A stretch of DNA of 36,831 bases from Candidatus Tayloriibacteriota bacterium (GCA_025353045.1 JANXRK010000065.1:1-36831), one strand, 5' to 3'; positions 17,866-26,442 are shown, counted from the first letter of the stretch. A program made the numbers and translations. Notes: generated by a model from the sequence alone, not told the origin.

Positions 17866-18705
17866 TTATTTAGTAACAGTTGCATTGGAGTCTGTTTTCA
17901 TCTCTGTCTTGATTATGACAGCGAGTTTTATTGTAGCAAAAAATGCATCTCGAGCTTCTTTAAGTGCCTTTATAGCTGCATCCCCTTGCAGTCTAGGCTT
18001 TGTTACATCGACCGAAGCGCTTGCACTAGTGTCAGTAGTTGTAGTTGTAGTTGTAGTTGTTTTAGTAGGAGCTGGATCTGGGAGAGCAATGAAAGCGTCA
18101 ACCGCTACTTTTGCTGCTGCCAATTTAGCATCAGCTAGAACTAATGAAGCTCGAGCTGTTGTAGTGTCTTTTCCCGCACCTTCTAACTTTGTGAGAAGAG
18201 CGTCAATACGAGTTCGGTTAGTAGTTAGATTTTCAAGGGTAGTTGTTAATTGTTTTCCAAGAGCAGTCTTTCGTACTTTGAAAATATCCTGTTTCATTGT
18301 CTTTAGAGCTGTCTGTCGTTCTCCTTTAAAATTCTGTCGCATTTCTTCTACAGTAAGTCGAAGATCCATTCTCTGTTGTGGAGTTGAAGAATCATTCAAA
18401 GTACCTTTCATGGCTTTGATATCGCTATTCATCTTTGCCTTATCTCCTTGGAGCTGTCCTTTTACATCAGTTCGAATATCTTGAACTTCTTTTTTTCGTT
18501 CATCTCTAGTATCTTTTCGAATATCCAATACCTTCTTATCCCCTGAGCGTAGAGGTGGTAATGGTGGCTTTGGTTTAACGTTACCAGTAGTTACTTGGAC
18601 GTCGGCGTTCGCATTCACTGTAGTTTCTGCTTGAGCAATGCTTACACTAAAAGCAAGAGCAAAAACAAAACACAAAACTCCTATACTGATTTTATGTAAT
18701 TTCAT
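17866..18705 (-). CDS. secreted coiled-coil protein with a poly-Thr tract, hypothetical
   Basis: The signal peptide is MKLHKISIGVLCFVFALAFSVSIAQA (Met 18 of the tracked ORF). It has Lys/Asp/Thr-rich helical repeats and a TKTTTTTTTTTDTS tract. Confidence 0.6.
   Translation of the reverse strand: MKLHKISIGVLCFVFALAFSVSIAQAETTVNANADVQVTTGNVKPKPPLPPLRSGDKKVLDIRKDTRDERKKEVQDIRTDVKGQLQGDKAKMNSDIKAMKGTLNDSSTPQQRMDLRLTVEEMRQNFKGERQTALKTMKQDIFKVRKTALGKQLTTTLENLTTNRTRIDALLTKLEGAGKDTTTARASLVLADAKLAAAKVAVDAFIALPDPAPTKTTTTTTTTTDTSASASVDVTKPRLQGDAAIKALKEARDAFFATIKLAVIIKTEMKTDSNATVTK
18035..18058. repeat. tandem hexanucleotide (GTAGTT)x4 encoding the poly-Thr tract
   Basis: gtagtt gtagtt gtagtt gtagtt is read directly. 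On the coding strand this is (AACTAC)n. Confidence 0.85.
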
Positions 18706-18748
18706 TTGTATGTAATTAAATGTTAAAAGGTTAAAAACCTTGTGGCAA

Positions 18749-19882
18749 TTATACACCAGCTACTTGAGAATGGGTACCTGTGGATTGTATATCTATTTTC
18801 CAACCTGTGAGTTTTGCTGCAAGGCGTACATTTTGACCACCTTTTCCAATGGCAAGTGATTGTTGATCGTCAGAAACATGAACTACAGCTCGCTTTTCTT
18901 CTTTATTGAGATCAATTTTAATGATTTTTGCGGGAGAAAGTGATTCTTGAATAAATATTGAAGGATCTTCATTCCATTGAATAATATCGATCTTTTCACC
19001 AGCCAATTCACTCATAACTGTAGTAACTCGTACTCCTCTTTGACCAATGAGAGAACCAGTAGGGTCAATGTGACTGTCATTTGAATGAACAGCGATTTTT
19101 GATCGAGCTCCAGCTTCACGTGCAATAGCTTTTACCTCAACAACACCTTGTGCAATTTCTGGTGCTTCGATTTCAAATAGCTTTGAAAGAAATTTTGGAT
19201 GAGAACGAGAAAGTTTTAACATAATTCCCTTAGGAGATTCCTCGACAGCATAAAGATATGCTCGGATTTTCTCTCCTTGCTTATAGTGTTCATTTGGAAT
19301 CTGGTCTTCATATGAAATAATTCCCATCGCTCGTCCCATATCAACGAAGATTGAACCTCGTTCAACTCGCTGCACAGTTCCCATGACGATTTCGCCTTCT
19401 TTTTTACCATATTCTGCAAGAACTGAAGTTTTTTCAGCCTCACGAATCTTTTGGATAATAACTTGCTTTGCAGTTTGAGCTGCGATTCTTCCATAGTCGC
19501 CCTTTTCCTCGAGAGGGAAGACGATTTCGTCATCAACTACAGCACCTTTCTTGATTTTCTTGGCATCGGCAAGGAGAATATGATGTTCTGGGTTAAATCG
19601 AACTCGGATTTCTTCTTCGGCAATGTTCTTTAGATCCTGTTCATCCTCTTCATCACCCATGATGACTTTACTCTCATCTACAACGATTTTGACCTGATAA
19701 AACTCTACTTTTCCAGAATTATTATCAAAAATAGCCCGAACAATCTGGCCTTTTTTACCATATTCCTTTTTATAAGCAGTAGCTAGGGCAAGTTCAATAG
19801 CCTCAAGCATTTTTTCTTTTGGAATGCCTCGTTCATCTTCTAATTGTTGTAGCACTGAGTGAATTACTTTTAGGTCAAACAT
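18749..19882 (-). CDS. nusA: transcription termination/antitermination factor NusA
   Basis: It has the N-terminal domain, the S1 domain (GEIVMGTVQRVERGSIFVDMG) and two KH domains (IGQRGVRV, IGKGGQNVRLA). Confidence 0.92.
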   Translation of the reverse strand: MFDLKVIHSVLQQLEDERGIPKEKMLEAIELALATAYKKEYGKKGQIVRAIFDNNSGKVEFYQVKIVVDESKVIMGDEEDEQDLKNIAEEEIRVRFNPEHHILLADAKKIKKGAVVDDEIVFPLEEKGDYGRIAAQTAKQVIIQKIREAEKTSVLAEYGKKEGEIVMGTVQRVERGSIFVDMGRAMGIISYEDQIPNEHYKQGEKIRAYLYAVEESPKGIMLKLSRSHPKFLSKLFEIEAPEIAQGVVEVKAIAREAGARSKIAVHSNDSHIDPTGSLIGQRGVRVTTVMSELAGEKIDIIQWNEDPSIFIQESLSPAKIIKIDLNKEEKRAVVHVSDDQQSLAIGKGGQNVRLAAKLTGWKIDIQSTGTHSQVAGV

Positions 19883-19912
19883 ATTGATTTTTTGAAATTT
19901 TTATTAAAAAAT

Positions 19913-19929
19913 GTTCGCTTTCGGCGAAC
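19913..19929 (-). promoter_or_regulatory. weak terminator-like hairpin in the nusA leader
   Basis: On the minus strand, GTTCGC-cgaaa-GCGAAC is followed by ATTTTTTAATAAAAATTT. This lies about 30 nt upstream of the nusA ATG. Confidence 0.4.
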
Positions 19930-19961
19930 TTCAGACCTAGATAATATAGCATAAGAAACAA

Positions 19962-19970
19962 TTATCCACA
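19962..19970 (+). promoter_or_regulatory. perfect DnaA-box 9-mer TTATCCACA
   Basis: Exact 9-mer in the divergent nusA / 20014 intergenic region, 44 nt upstream of the ATG at 20014. Confidence 0.4.
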
Positions 19971-20013
19971 AGTTTAATAGTATTGCTCTACAAATAGTTG
20001 TATTATTGTATAT

Positions 20014-21297
20014 ATGAACATTAAAAAACTTTTTATAAAGATATCTTTTACATTATTCGTCGTAGCATTCTATTTTTTGGCGATAACTTCTCAAGTTAAA
20101 GCTGGTCCATTAAAACCTGTCGACGTCACCGGTTGGGCTTGGTCATCAAATGTCGGTTGGATTAGTTTTAATTGTATAAATACAGGTACATGCGGAACTG
20201 TATCGTATGGTGTGAAGCTTGCAACATCAACTTCAGATGCATTAGCTGGAACTCTTTCTGGTTATGCTTGGTCTTCAAATGTAGGTTGGATCGAGTTCGC
20301 TGGGGATACTTCTCTAGGTTTTCCTAGCCCTACTATTGACTTAGATAAAGGTGGGGTCTCTGGATATATTCGTGTTTGCTCTGGAACTATTCCTCCACCC
20401 AGTCCACCCACAACCACACATTGTAGTACAAATGCGTCTCGTACAGATGGCTGGGACGGATGGGCAAAGCTTTCAGAGTCACCACTGTATTCAACTAGAC
20501 AGAATGGTGGTGATAAGGGGGTTACGTACATTACGAGTGACGGATCCTTCGTTGGGTACGCTTGGGGAGGGGAAAATATCGGTTGGCTCCAGTTCAATGC
20601 AAGTTCTACATCAGGAAATGTCAAATGTCCTAGCTGTACAAATAACCCACCATCCACATTTACACCTTCATGTACTATTCCTTCAACTGTATCATACACA
20701 GCACCTGCAACATCAGGAACAGTGGCAGTAAGTGCAAGTTCTTTTGATGGATCAGCGTCATATACATTCTCAATACCAGTACTAACAAATATGCCAGTAG
20801 GACCGTATACATCACCAAGTATTCAAGTTACTGATAGTAGTAGTCCGACAAAGATAGGAAATATGGTTTGTAGTACAACGGTGGTGAATGGAAGTCCAGT
20901 CCCGCCGGGGGTTAGTATGTGGACGATGCAAAATCAAGCATCGACAGATAAAACAAAATTCTTGGTGGCAATAAAATTAGGACAAGATGCGTATGTAAAT
21001 TGGGAAGCAGTTGGAGGGATGACGTATGATGTGAATGCATGCGTTGCTCGTCTAGTGGATCCATCTAGCGCTTCATCAGTTCTATCGGGACTAAACTCTC
21101 AGCCCGTAAATGGATATTATAAGATTCCTGCATCGGCACTTACGTCAAAAGGTGATTATAAGTATAGTATGAGATGTACTGATACAAATTCAGCAGATAC
21201 AACCTTCGGACTCCCTGTCAGTGCAAAATCTACTGATCCAAATTCTCCACTGAGTTTGACAATAAAGGTAAAAGATCCTAAAGAAATAGAAAAATAA
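20014..21297 (+). CDS. secreted protein with three Trp-rich G(W/Y)AW(S/G)xN(V/I)GW(I/L)xF repeats
   Basis: It has a signal/TM segment, ISFTLFVVAFYFLAITSQVKA. The repeats are GWAWSSNVGWISF (nt 20131-20169), GYAWSSNVGWIEF (20260-20298) and GYAWGGENIGWLQF (20554-20595). The C-terminal half is Ser/Thr/Pro-rich. Confidence 0.6.
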   Translation: MNIKKLFIKISFTLFVVAFYFLAITSQVKAGPLKPVDVTGWAWSSNVGWISFNCINTGTCGTVSYGVKLATSTSDALAGTLSGYAWSSNVGWIEFAGDTSLGFPSPTIDLDKGGVSGYIRVCSGTIPPPSPPTTTHCSTNASRTDGWDGWAKLSESPLYSTRQNGGDKGVTYITSDGSFVGYAWGGENIGWLQFNASSTSGNVKCPSCTNNPPSTFTPSCTIPSTVSYTAPATSGTVAVSASSFDGSASYTFSIPVLTNMPVGPYTSPSIQVTDSSSPTKIGNMVCSTTVVNGSPVPPGVSMWTMQNQASTDKTKFLVAIKLGQDAYVNWEAVGGMTYDVNACVARLVDPSSASSVLSGLNSQPVNGYYKIPASALTSKGDYKYSMRCTDTNSADTTFGLPVSAKSTDPNSPLSLTIKVKDPKEIEK

Positions 21298-21336
21298 ACA
21301 AGAGTAAAGGGGCCCCGTGAGGAGCCCCTTTCTTGT
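21298..21336. terminator. GC-rich bidirectional hairpin terminator between convergent genes
   Basis: ACAAGA-gt-AAAGGGGC-cccgtgagga-GCCCCTT-TCTTGT is read directly. Confidence 0.7.
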
Positions 21337-21355
21337 TGGTCGCGTTGTCGCGATT

Positions 21356-22342
21356 TCATTCCACCAGCCGGAGCCGGTAGAAGAGATGTGATCGTGCCGT
21401 GGACTTGTCCGTGAAGGACTGCACTCCTGCCGGTGTGACCGGGAAGCGTCCGTTTGGAAAATCAATCCAGTTGACCAGGTCCGAAGACATCTGGTACTGG
21501 ACGAACATTCCAACCATCCCACCATGGCCCCTGAGGAGGGCTTGCGGTGATGGGGGAGGTTCCACAGAAGACTTCTTCCCATCCGCGTCCACAGGTGGAT
21601 AGAGGACGAGAGAGAGGGAGAGCGGAGGGACTTCGAGCTCCTGGCCTTGTTCGAAGGCTTGGAAAACCAGGTCACCGGTGCTGCTGCTTGAGAGGGTCCG
21701 GATTTGGATTGTGACGTCCTTATCCAAGACGAGCTCTGTTGCAATGAACACGTACGAGATGCCCGAGCGATGGATGATCTCCACAACCTTGGCGTTTTCG
21801 GTGGTCTGATTTGAGTCGGTGTTGAAGATGACGTCGTCACCCCTCGAAGCCGTCACGCCAATCCACTTGAGGTGGTTGAAGGTGTGCCCGATACGTCGGG
21901 GGAATTCCATCTTCACCCCAGACAAGTCCGGTAGAGTGTAACCAGCCGCCATTTTCACGAGGCTAAATTGCACACCCGGGACCTGAAAGTAGTTGATGAT
22001 TCCATCCTCATCGTGGTCGTCCCAGTAATACTGAAGGGCGAAGGCGACAATAGAGTAGGGCAGACTTCTGTCTTGACCTGCCACCTCTGTCGTGACCACT
22101 CTCAGTGCAGCCTTGTGAAGCTGCGACTGGAAAAACGATTCCAGCTCCGCCCGGTTGCTAACTCTGACGTTTGCAACCTCTTGGAGCAAGACTCGGTCTC
22201 CTTGCTTGAGAAAGATATCCAACTCCCTGACTTGCGCCAGCGAGTCCTTCTCCAAGCTGCCTCCCGTAGGGAAGGCCGTGATCTGCGCTTGCACCCCAAC
22301 AAAGGAGATGAGCGCAAACACGATTGCGTAGAACGCTTTCAT
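21356..22342 (-). CDS. secreted hypothetical protein encoded on a GC-rich island
   Basis: I prefer the Met at 22342, where GGAG lies 9 nt upstream. This gives the signal peptide MKAFYAIVFALISFVGVQAQ. The C-terminus is ...QMSSDLVNWIDFPNG...SHLFYRLRLVE. G+C is 36/60 in line 21361-21420 and 31/60 in 21901-21960, against 14/60 in flanking line 22441-22500. Confidence 0.6.
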   Translation of the reverse strand: MKAFYAIVFALISFVGVQAQITAFPTGGSLEKDSLAQVRELDIFLKQGDRVLLQEVANVRVSNRAELESFFQSQLHKAALRVVTTEVAGQDRSLPYSIVAFALQYYWDDHDEDGIINYFQVPGVQFSLVKMAAGYTLPDLSGVKMEFPRRIGHTFNHLKWIGVTASRGDDVIFNTDSNQTTENAKVVEIIHRSGISYVFIATELVLDKDVTIQIRTLSSSSTGDLVFQAFEQGQELEVPPLSLSLVLYPPVDADGKKSSVEPPPSPQALLRGHGGMVGMFVQYQMSSDLVNWIDFPNGRFPVTPAGVQSFTDKSTARSHLFYRLRLVE

Positions 22343-22428
22343 GATTGTAATCTCCGATGTGGCCTGTTGGCCGAGTTTACTGTTCCGAAAAATCTTCTGT
22401 AGCACGTCGAAGTGCTGTTACTGTTAGT

Positions 22429-22437
22429 ATTATACCA
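22429..22437 (-). promoter_or_regulatory. extended -10 element TGgTATAAT (minus strand) upstream of the GC-rich gene
   Basis: The + strand reads ATTATACCA. It lies in the AT-rich flank about 87 nt upstream of the ATG at 22342. Confidence 0.4.
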
Positions 22438-22471
22438 TAAAATACATATAAAAGTAAAGCAAATTAGGATC

Positions 22472-22480
22472 TGTGGATAA
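22472..22480 (-). promoter_or_regulatory. perfect DnaA-box 9-mer (TGTGGATAA on +)
   Basis: Exact 9-mer, intergenic, between the kinase stop (22495) and the promoter of the GC-rich gene. Confidence 0.4.
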
Positions 22481-22494
22481 GTACTTTAAAACAC

Positions 22495-24252
22495 TTATTT
22501 TACAAGGCTTTTTAGAAAATCAAAAGGGATGGTAATTATAACCCTTGCACCCATATTTTCTCCTTCTGAATTTATAGTCAGACTACCATGATGGGCTTCC
22601 ACGATCGATCTCGATACAGATAAGCCAATTCCCATACCGGTCGGATTTTTATTCTGAACTCTTTTGCTTCTGTAAAATGTTTTTTCAAATAAATTATTTT
22701 TTTCTTCCGTCGTAATTCCAACCCCTGTATTCTTAATTGTTATTTTAAATTGATCGTCATCAAATTCCGTCTCTATTTTTATGCTTCCTTCTGATGTATT
22801 GTAACGAATAGCATTTTCTATGATTACTAAAAGAACTTCTCGTATTTTGTTTGCATCGACTTTTATTTCCGGCCAATCAGCGATGTCTTTGAGGTAAGTG
22901 ACTGACAGATCCATGCTCGTTATGTCTATTTCTAGTTCCTTTAGGATTTTTTCTAGTGAAGGAAGCAGACTTAATTTTGATAAATTTAATATTTGCGATC
23001 CTGTTTTCATCTTAGCAATATTTTTGAAATCATCAGCAATGTCTGTTAAGTGTTGGACGGAAACCAGAGCCTCTTCTAAAGTTTTTTGTGCGTCAGTTTC
23101 AATCTTTACATATTTTCCAGAAATTATTTCATTGAGTCTATTATTTATATTCGTGATCGGCACTCTTAAATTGTGTTGAGCGATACTTATGAAAGTATCC
23201 TTTGTTTCACTCAACTTTTCGAGCTCTCTTCGGGCTTTTTTCTCTAATTCAAATGACTTGTTAATTTCTTGTGTTTGTTCAGCCACCTTGTCAGAGAGAG
23301 AAGAATTGAAAGATTTGAGAGATAGAGCAAGCGATTCGATTTTTTCGAGGTTGTCTTGTTCTTGTTTTCCGATTTGAATAAGAAGAATGCCAAGGATTAT
23401 TGAGATGATAAAAGTAATTATGGTAATAATGTGACTTGTATTTGCGTCTGTGATGGTAATGAGAGAGCCGATGAGAATCCATAGAGTAAAAACTAGGAGA
23501 TTCCGGTTGACGAGTTTGAGGTTGAAGAGATTGAATTTGATAGTGCTATAAATAAGGAAAATAAGAAATACGGGCATACCTAGTAAACCTAACTCTCCTA
23601 ATTTCCAGTCATTCGTGAAACTTCCAACCATATTGCCACAACTAAACGCAAGCAAAAATAACACTATACCTAAGGATAAAAGAACGACCTTCTTCTTATT
23701 GATTGGATTTTTACTCTCAATAAATTGCTTTGAAACGTAAAATATAATCCAACAAGTATATATAATCTCGATTATATAGCTATAATAAAGCGCAACTGGT
23801 CCCTCGACACTCATGCAAGTAATTATATTAAATCCTGACAGCGTTAACCTGCTAGGTAAAAAAACTAATATGGGGAGATATAATATTGCCAACGTTAGCT
23901 TTTGATAAAAAGAAATATCTCTTTCCTCAATTAGTACTTGAATTAAATAAAGCCCCCCAATGTAAATTAGCGGTTCAACTAATAAGGTAAATGCCCAGAC
24001 TGTCATTATGATGTCACCTCTGTCGCATGCCCAAAAAACTAGAGAAAATATTACCCATAAACTAAAAGGAATGAGAATTATGAGTAAGATCTGATTTGAT
24101 AATACTTTCCTACCTTTAATAATAATAAGTAAAGCAATTGTTATGCTGATAATAATCAGGGGTAAGTGGGAGTACAGTACTAGAGCCGGTATGTCTTTAG
24201 TTGCATTAAAATATCCGGTATTTGTCATGCTACATTGGGATAAATTTTCCAT
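22495..24252 (-). CDS. sensor histidine kinase with an N-terminal 7-TM (HisKA_7TM-like) domain
   Basis: It has about seven TM helices, a coiled coil, the H-box FISIAQHNLRVPIT and the HATPase_c blocks NAIRYN, IKNTGVGI and GMGIGLSVSRSIV. It is colinear with the kinase at 26443..28104. Confidence 0.85.
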   Translation of the reverse strand: MENLSQCSMTNTGYFNATKDIPALVLYSHLPLIIISITIALLIIIKGRKVLSNQILLIILIPFSLWVIFSLVFWACDRGDIIMTVWAFTLLVEPLIYIGGLYLIQVLIEERDISFYQKLTLAILYLPILVFLPSRLTLSGFNIITCMSVEGPVALYYSYIIEIIYTCWIIFYVSKQFIESKNPINKKKVVLLSLGIVLFLLAFSCGNMVGSFTNDWKLGELGLLGMPVFLIFLIYSTIKFNLFNLKLVNRNLLVFTLWILIGSLITITDANTSHIITIITFIISIILGILLIQIGKQEQDNLEKIESLALSLKSFNSSLSDKVAEQTQEINKSFELEKKARRELEKLSETKDTFISIAQHNLRVPITNINNRLNEIISGKYVKIETDAQKTLEEALVSVQHLTDIADDFKNIAKMKTGSQILNLSKLSLLPSLEKILKELEIDITSMDLSVTYLKDIADWPEIKVDANKIREVLLVIIENAIRYNTSEGSIKIETEFDDDQFKITIKNTGVGITTEEKNNLFEKTFYRSKRVQNKNPTGMGIGLSVSRSIVEAHHGSLTINSEGENMGARVIITIPFDFLKSLVK

Positions 24253-24336
24253 AGTCTATTAGATAGAATTTTGTCTTGTAAAACAAGAAGATTGTAGCAT
24301 ATTCCAGATTTTGTTTTATGGGGTATAATGTAGTCT

Positions 24337-24471
24337 ATGGATAAAAAATCTAAAATTCTGATAATAGTTTTTTTAGTTGCTATGTTTATTTCAGCATCCG
24401 TTACTTTTTATAGATATATGGTGGTAAAGGATTTTAAGGTAATTGACTCGACACAGCTAAAAAATAATTAA
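24337..24471 (+). CDS. possible 44-aa single-TM mini-protein
   Basis: Hand translation gives MDKKSKILIIVFLVAMFISASVTFYRYMVVKDFKVIDSTQLKNN. TATAAT lies at 24324-24329. The stop is 1 nt before the ATG at 24473. It is too short for the ORF track. Confidence 0.3.
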   Translation: MDKKSKILIIVFLVAMFISASVTFYRYMVVKDFKVIDSTQLKNN

Positions 24472-24472
24472 A

Positions 24473-25063
24473 ATGTATTCAGACAATTTAAATATACTAG
24501 GAATCGTAGCAGGTTTATTATCAATGGTATCCTTTATTGTCTATTATATTTCTATTTTTCGTAGAAAAACGATTCCCAATAAGACAACATGGTTTATATT
24601 GACCATTGTTGGTATTCTTATAGCTTCTAGTTATTATGCAGTAGGAGCAAGAGAGACTATATGGGTTCCGATTGTGTATATAATTGGTCCTTTTATAACG
24701 TTTATACTTTCTCTCAAATTTGGCCAAGGAGGATGGTCATCGTTTGATAAAATTTGCTTAATTTTATCTATCGTAAGTATTATTGTTTGGATGATCTCAG
24801 GTTATCCATTATTGACTCTGTTGATAAATATTTTTATTGATCTACTTGGAATACTCCCTACAGTTAGGAAGACCTATTTAAATCCTAACAGCGAAGATTT
24901 ACTTACTTGGTTGCTTGTCGTTATAGAGAGCATCCTGAACTTGTTTGCAATAAGAGAGTGGGTTTTTGGAATATATGTTTATCCTGTATATATGTTGGTC
25001 TTTAATGGATTGATATTATTCCTTATTTTGCTACCGAAATTAAAGAACATGCTTAAAGGATGA
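24473..25063 (+). CDS. 7-TM membrane protein, possibly PQ-loop/SWEET-like
   Basis: Seven hydrophobic helices are present. The loops after TM1 (YYISIFRRKT) and TM5 (LGILPTVRKTYLNPNSEDLL) resemble PQ-loop motifs, but with PT rather than PQ. The family call is weak. Confidence 0.5.
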   Translation: MYSDNLNILGIVAGLLSMVSFIVYYISIFRRKTIPNKTTWFILTIVGILIASSYYAVGARETIWVPIVYIIGPFITFILSLKFGQGGWSSFDKICLILSIVSIIVWMISGYPLLTLLINIFIDLLGILPTVRKTYLNPNSEDLLTWLLVVIESILNLFAIREWVFGIYVYPVYMLVFNGLILFLILLPKLKNMLKG

Positions 25064-25441
25064 TTTCTTTATCCCTCGTCTTTTAAACCAACCCTTTTCG
25101 TAGTCTTCATAGTCACATGTTAATTCCTCTCCAATATGAATATCTTTTTTCGCTATATCTCTGTCTGGTTTCGACTGAATATTTGGTTTTTTAGAATAGT
25201 TAATAAATCTTTGATCATCGCAACAAAGTATGTACTTCTTCAGTTTAAAGTCGAGATAGAGATAATCTAAAAATCTTTCACGGAAACTTTCTGGTAGTAT
25301 ATCTATACATTCTTGAGTGAAGCAGGTATCGTATTCAGGATCGTACTTCCACGTGATTGTTCCCTTTGGAATAAATTCCGCTGCGAATAGCCCTATTCCA
25401 TGCGTGGAACTCTTGTCTAATTTTGTTTTTACTAGTAACAT
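25040..25441 (-). CDS. minimal SET-domain protein (putative protein-lysine methyltransferase)
   Basis: The 133-aa ORF has HGIGLFAAEFIPKGTITW (GxG motif), RFINYSKKPN (NHSxxPN-like) and IGEELTCDYEDY (ELxxDY). Confidence 0.75.
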   Translation of the reverse strand: MLLVKTKLDKSSTHGIGLFAAEFIPKGTITWKYDPEYDTCFTQECIDILPESFRERFLDYLYLDFKLKKYILCCDDQRFINYSKKPNIQSKPDRDIAKKDIHIGEELTCDYEDYEKGWFKRRGIKKSSFKHVL

Positions 25442-26429
25442 GGTGAAATACTATCACATATTCATGACATTAGAAAATGACATAATTAACAGATTATATG
25501 ATGAGGTTTTAATCTTTTGTAAAAAAGAAGGTCTCGTCGATCAATTACAAAAAAGCTTGGTCGTACCAGAGGGAGATAGATTTTCTAATCGAGAAATTGA
25601 TAATACAGGGTTGGACGTCCTAGATGCTGTCCATTGTCTTGTGGATAAGAAAAGAACAATAATGCTTCTTGCCGCTGTGTATGAGCAAACTACAAAAGGA
25701 AATGTTGTTATCGAGGCAGGCTTGGGGACAGGTATTCTTTCTTTTATGGCTAACTTAAGAGGAGCTAAAGTTTATGGATTTGAAATTAACCCATCGGTCT
25801 ACGAGCTTGCAAATAAGATAAAGAAGCATCTTATTGAAAAAAGAATTATCACGAACGATATTGAGTTTATTAAAGCTGACGCTAGAAATATAAAGCTAGA
25901 AGTGAAGGCTGATATCATTATTAGTGAAAATATTTATACTGGCATGTTTTTTGAAAAACAGATAGACATAGTCTCTGGTCTATTGCCTTACTTAAAGAAA
26001 AAAGGCCACTTAATTCCTTGTGGTATGAAAAGCTCATTCCTTTTGTCTTATATTGATTTTCCAAAAAGAATAGCGTCTAAAAAATTTCATGTCTTATCGG
26101 AAATCAATGTCCAACCTAAGTACTTAACAGATCAGATCATATATGATCTACTTTCTTTTGCGGGTGTGAAAAAGAGCGGGGTTCAATTCAAAAAAGAGAT
26201 AAAACTTAATAGAAATGGTGAAATAAATTCAATTTTAGTCTGTAGTGATGTGTCGTTGCCTAGCGGTAAAGTAATAGATAGATTTGATACGGAATTTATG
26301 AATAACGACGTCGTCTTTTTTCTCGGCAATCCTTTTTTTGTTAAAAAAGGAGACAGGGTTAATGTAGAGATTTGCTATCTCTACGGATCAAATCCAGAAG
26401 AGGCTTATATTTCTGTGAAGAAGTTGTGA
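25440..26429 (+). CDS. PRMT-like class I SAM-dependent methyltransferase (putative protein-arginine methyltransferase)
   Basis: Motif I is VVIEAGLGTGILSFMA and post-I is KVYGFEINP. ADIIISENIYTGMFFEKQ compares with the PRMT double-E loop DIIISEWMGYxLxYES. LKKKGHLIPC compares with PRMT LAPDGLIFP. The C-terminal half has beta-barrel length. The start could be ATG 25440, which shares CATG with the SET start, or ATG 25464. Confidence 0.65.
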   Translation: MVKYYHIFMTLENDIINRLYDEVLIFCKKEGLVDQLQKSLVVPEGDRFSNREIDNTGLDVLDAVHCLVDKKRTIMLLAAVYEQTTKGNVVIEAGLGTGILSFMANLRGAKVYGFEINPSVYELANKIKKHLIEKRIITNDIEFIKADARNIKLEVKADIIISENIYTGMFFEKQIDIVSGLLPYLKKKGHLIPCGMKSSFLLSYIDFPKRIASKKFHVLSEINVQPKYLTDQIIYDLLSFAGVKKSGVQFKKEIKLNRNGEINSILVCSDVSLPSGKVIDRFDTEFMNNDVVFFLGNPFFVKKGDRVNVEICYLYGSNPEEAYISVKKL

Positions 26430-26442
26430 TATAATTAACAGT

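Noticed and set aside
17831-18484. 217-aa + strand ORF, together with 17791..18138
   Set aside because: It is antisense to the secreted coiled-coil protein gene, which has a proper signal peptide. Its sequence is low-complexity (VVVVVVVV comes from the Thr repeat read backwards), so it is a shadow ORF.
21190-22402. Long alternative-frame ORFs 21190..21840(-), 21968..22402(+) and 22102..22317(-) in the GC-rich island
   Set aside because: High-GC DNA lacks stop codons in off frames. These ORFs are Arg/Ser/Pro-rich with no start context, whereas the 21356..22342 frame has an SD, a signal peptide and a coherent sequence.
21298-22420. GC-rich islands as simple assembly chimeras
   Set aside because: I considered this but think it less likely. 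Each island is one complete gene embedded between AT-rich flanks on both sides, with host-like promoter and SD signals (21.3 kb island) or an in-frame read-through of the neighbouring gene (28.9 kb island). It still needs read-level confirmation, so it is listed under would_refute for those findings.
5239-22480. Replication origin (oriC) suggested by the perfect DnaA boxes
   Set aside because: The boxes are single and spread over 17 kb rather than clustered. There is no adjacent dnaA or dnaN and no AT-rich unwinding element with 13-mer-like repeats. A promoter-associated role fits better.
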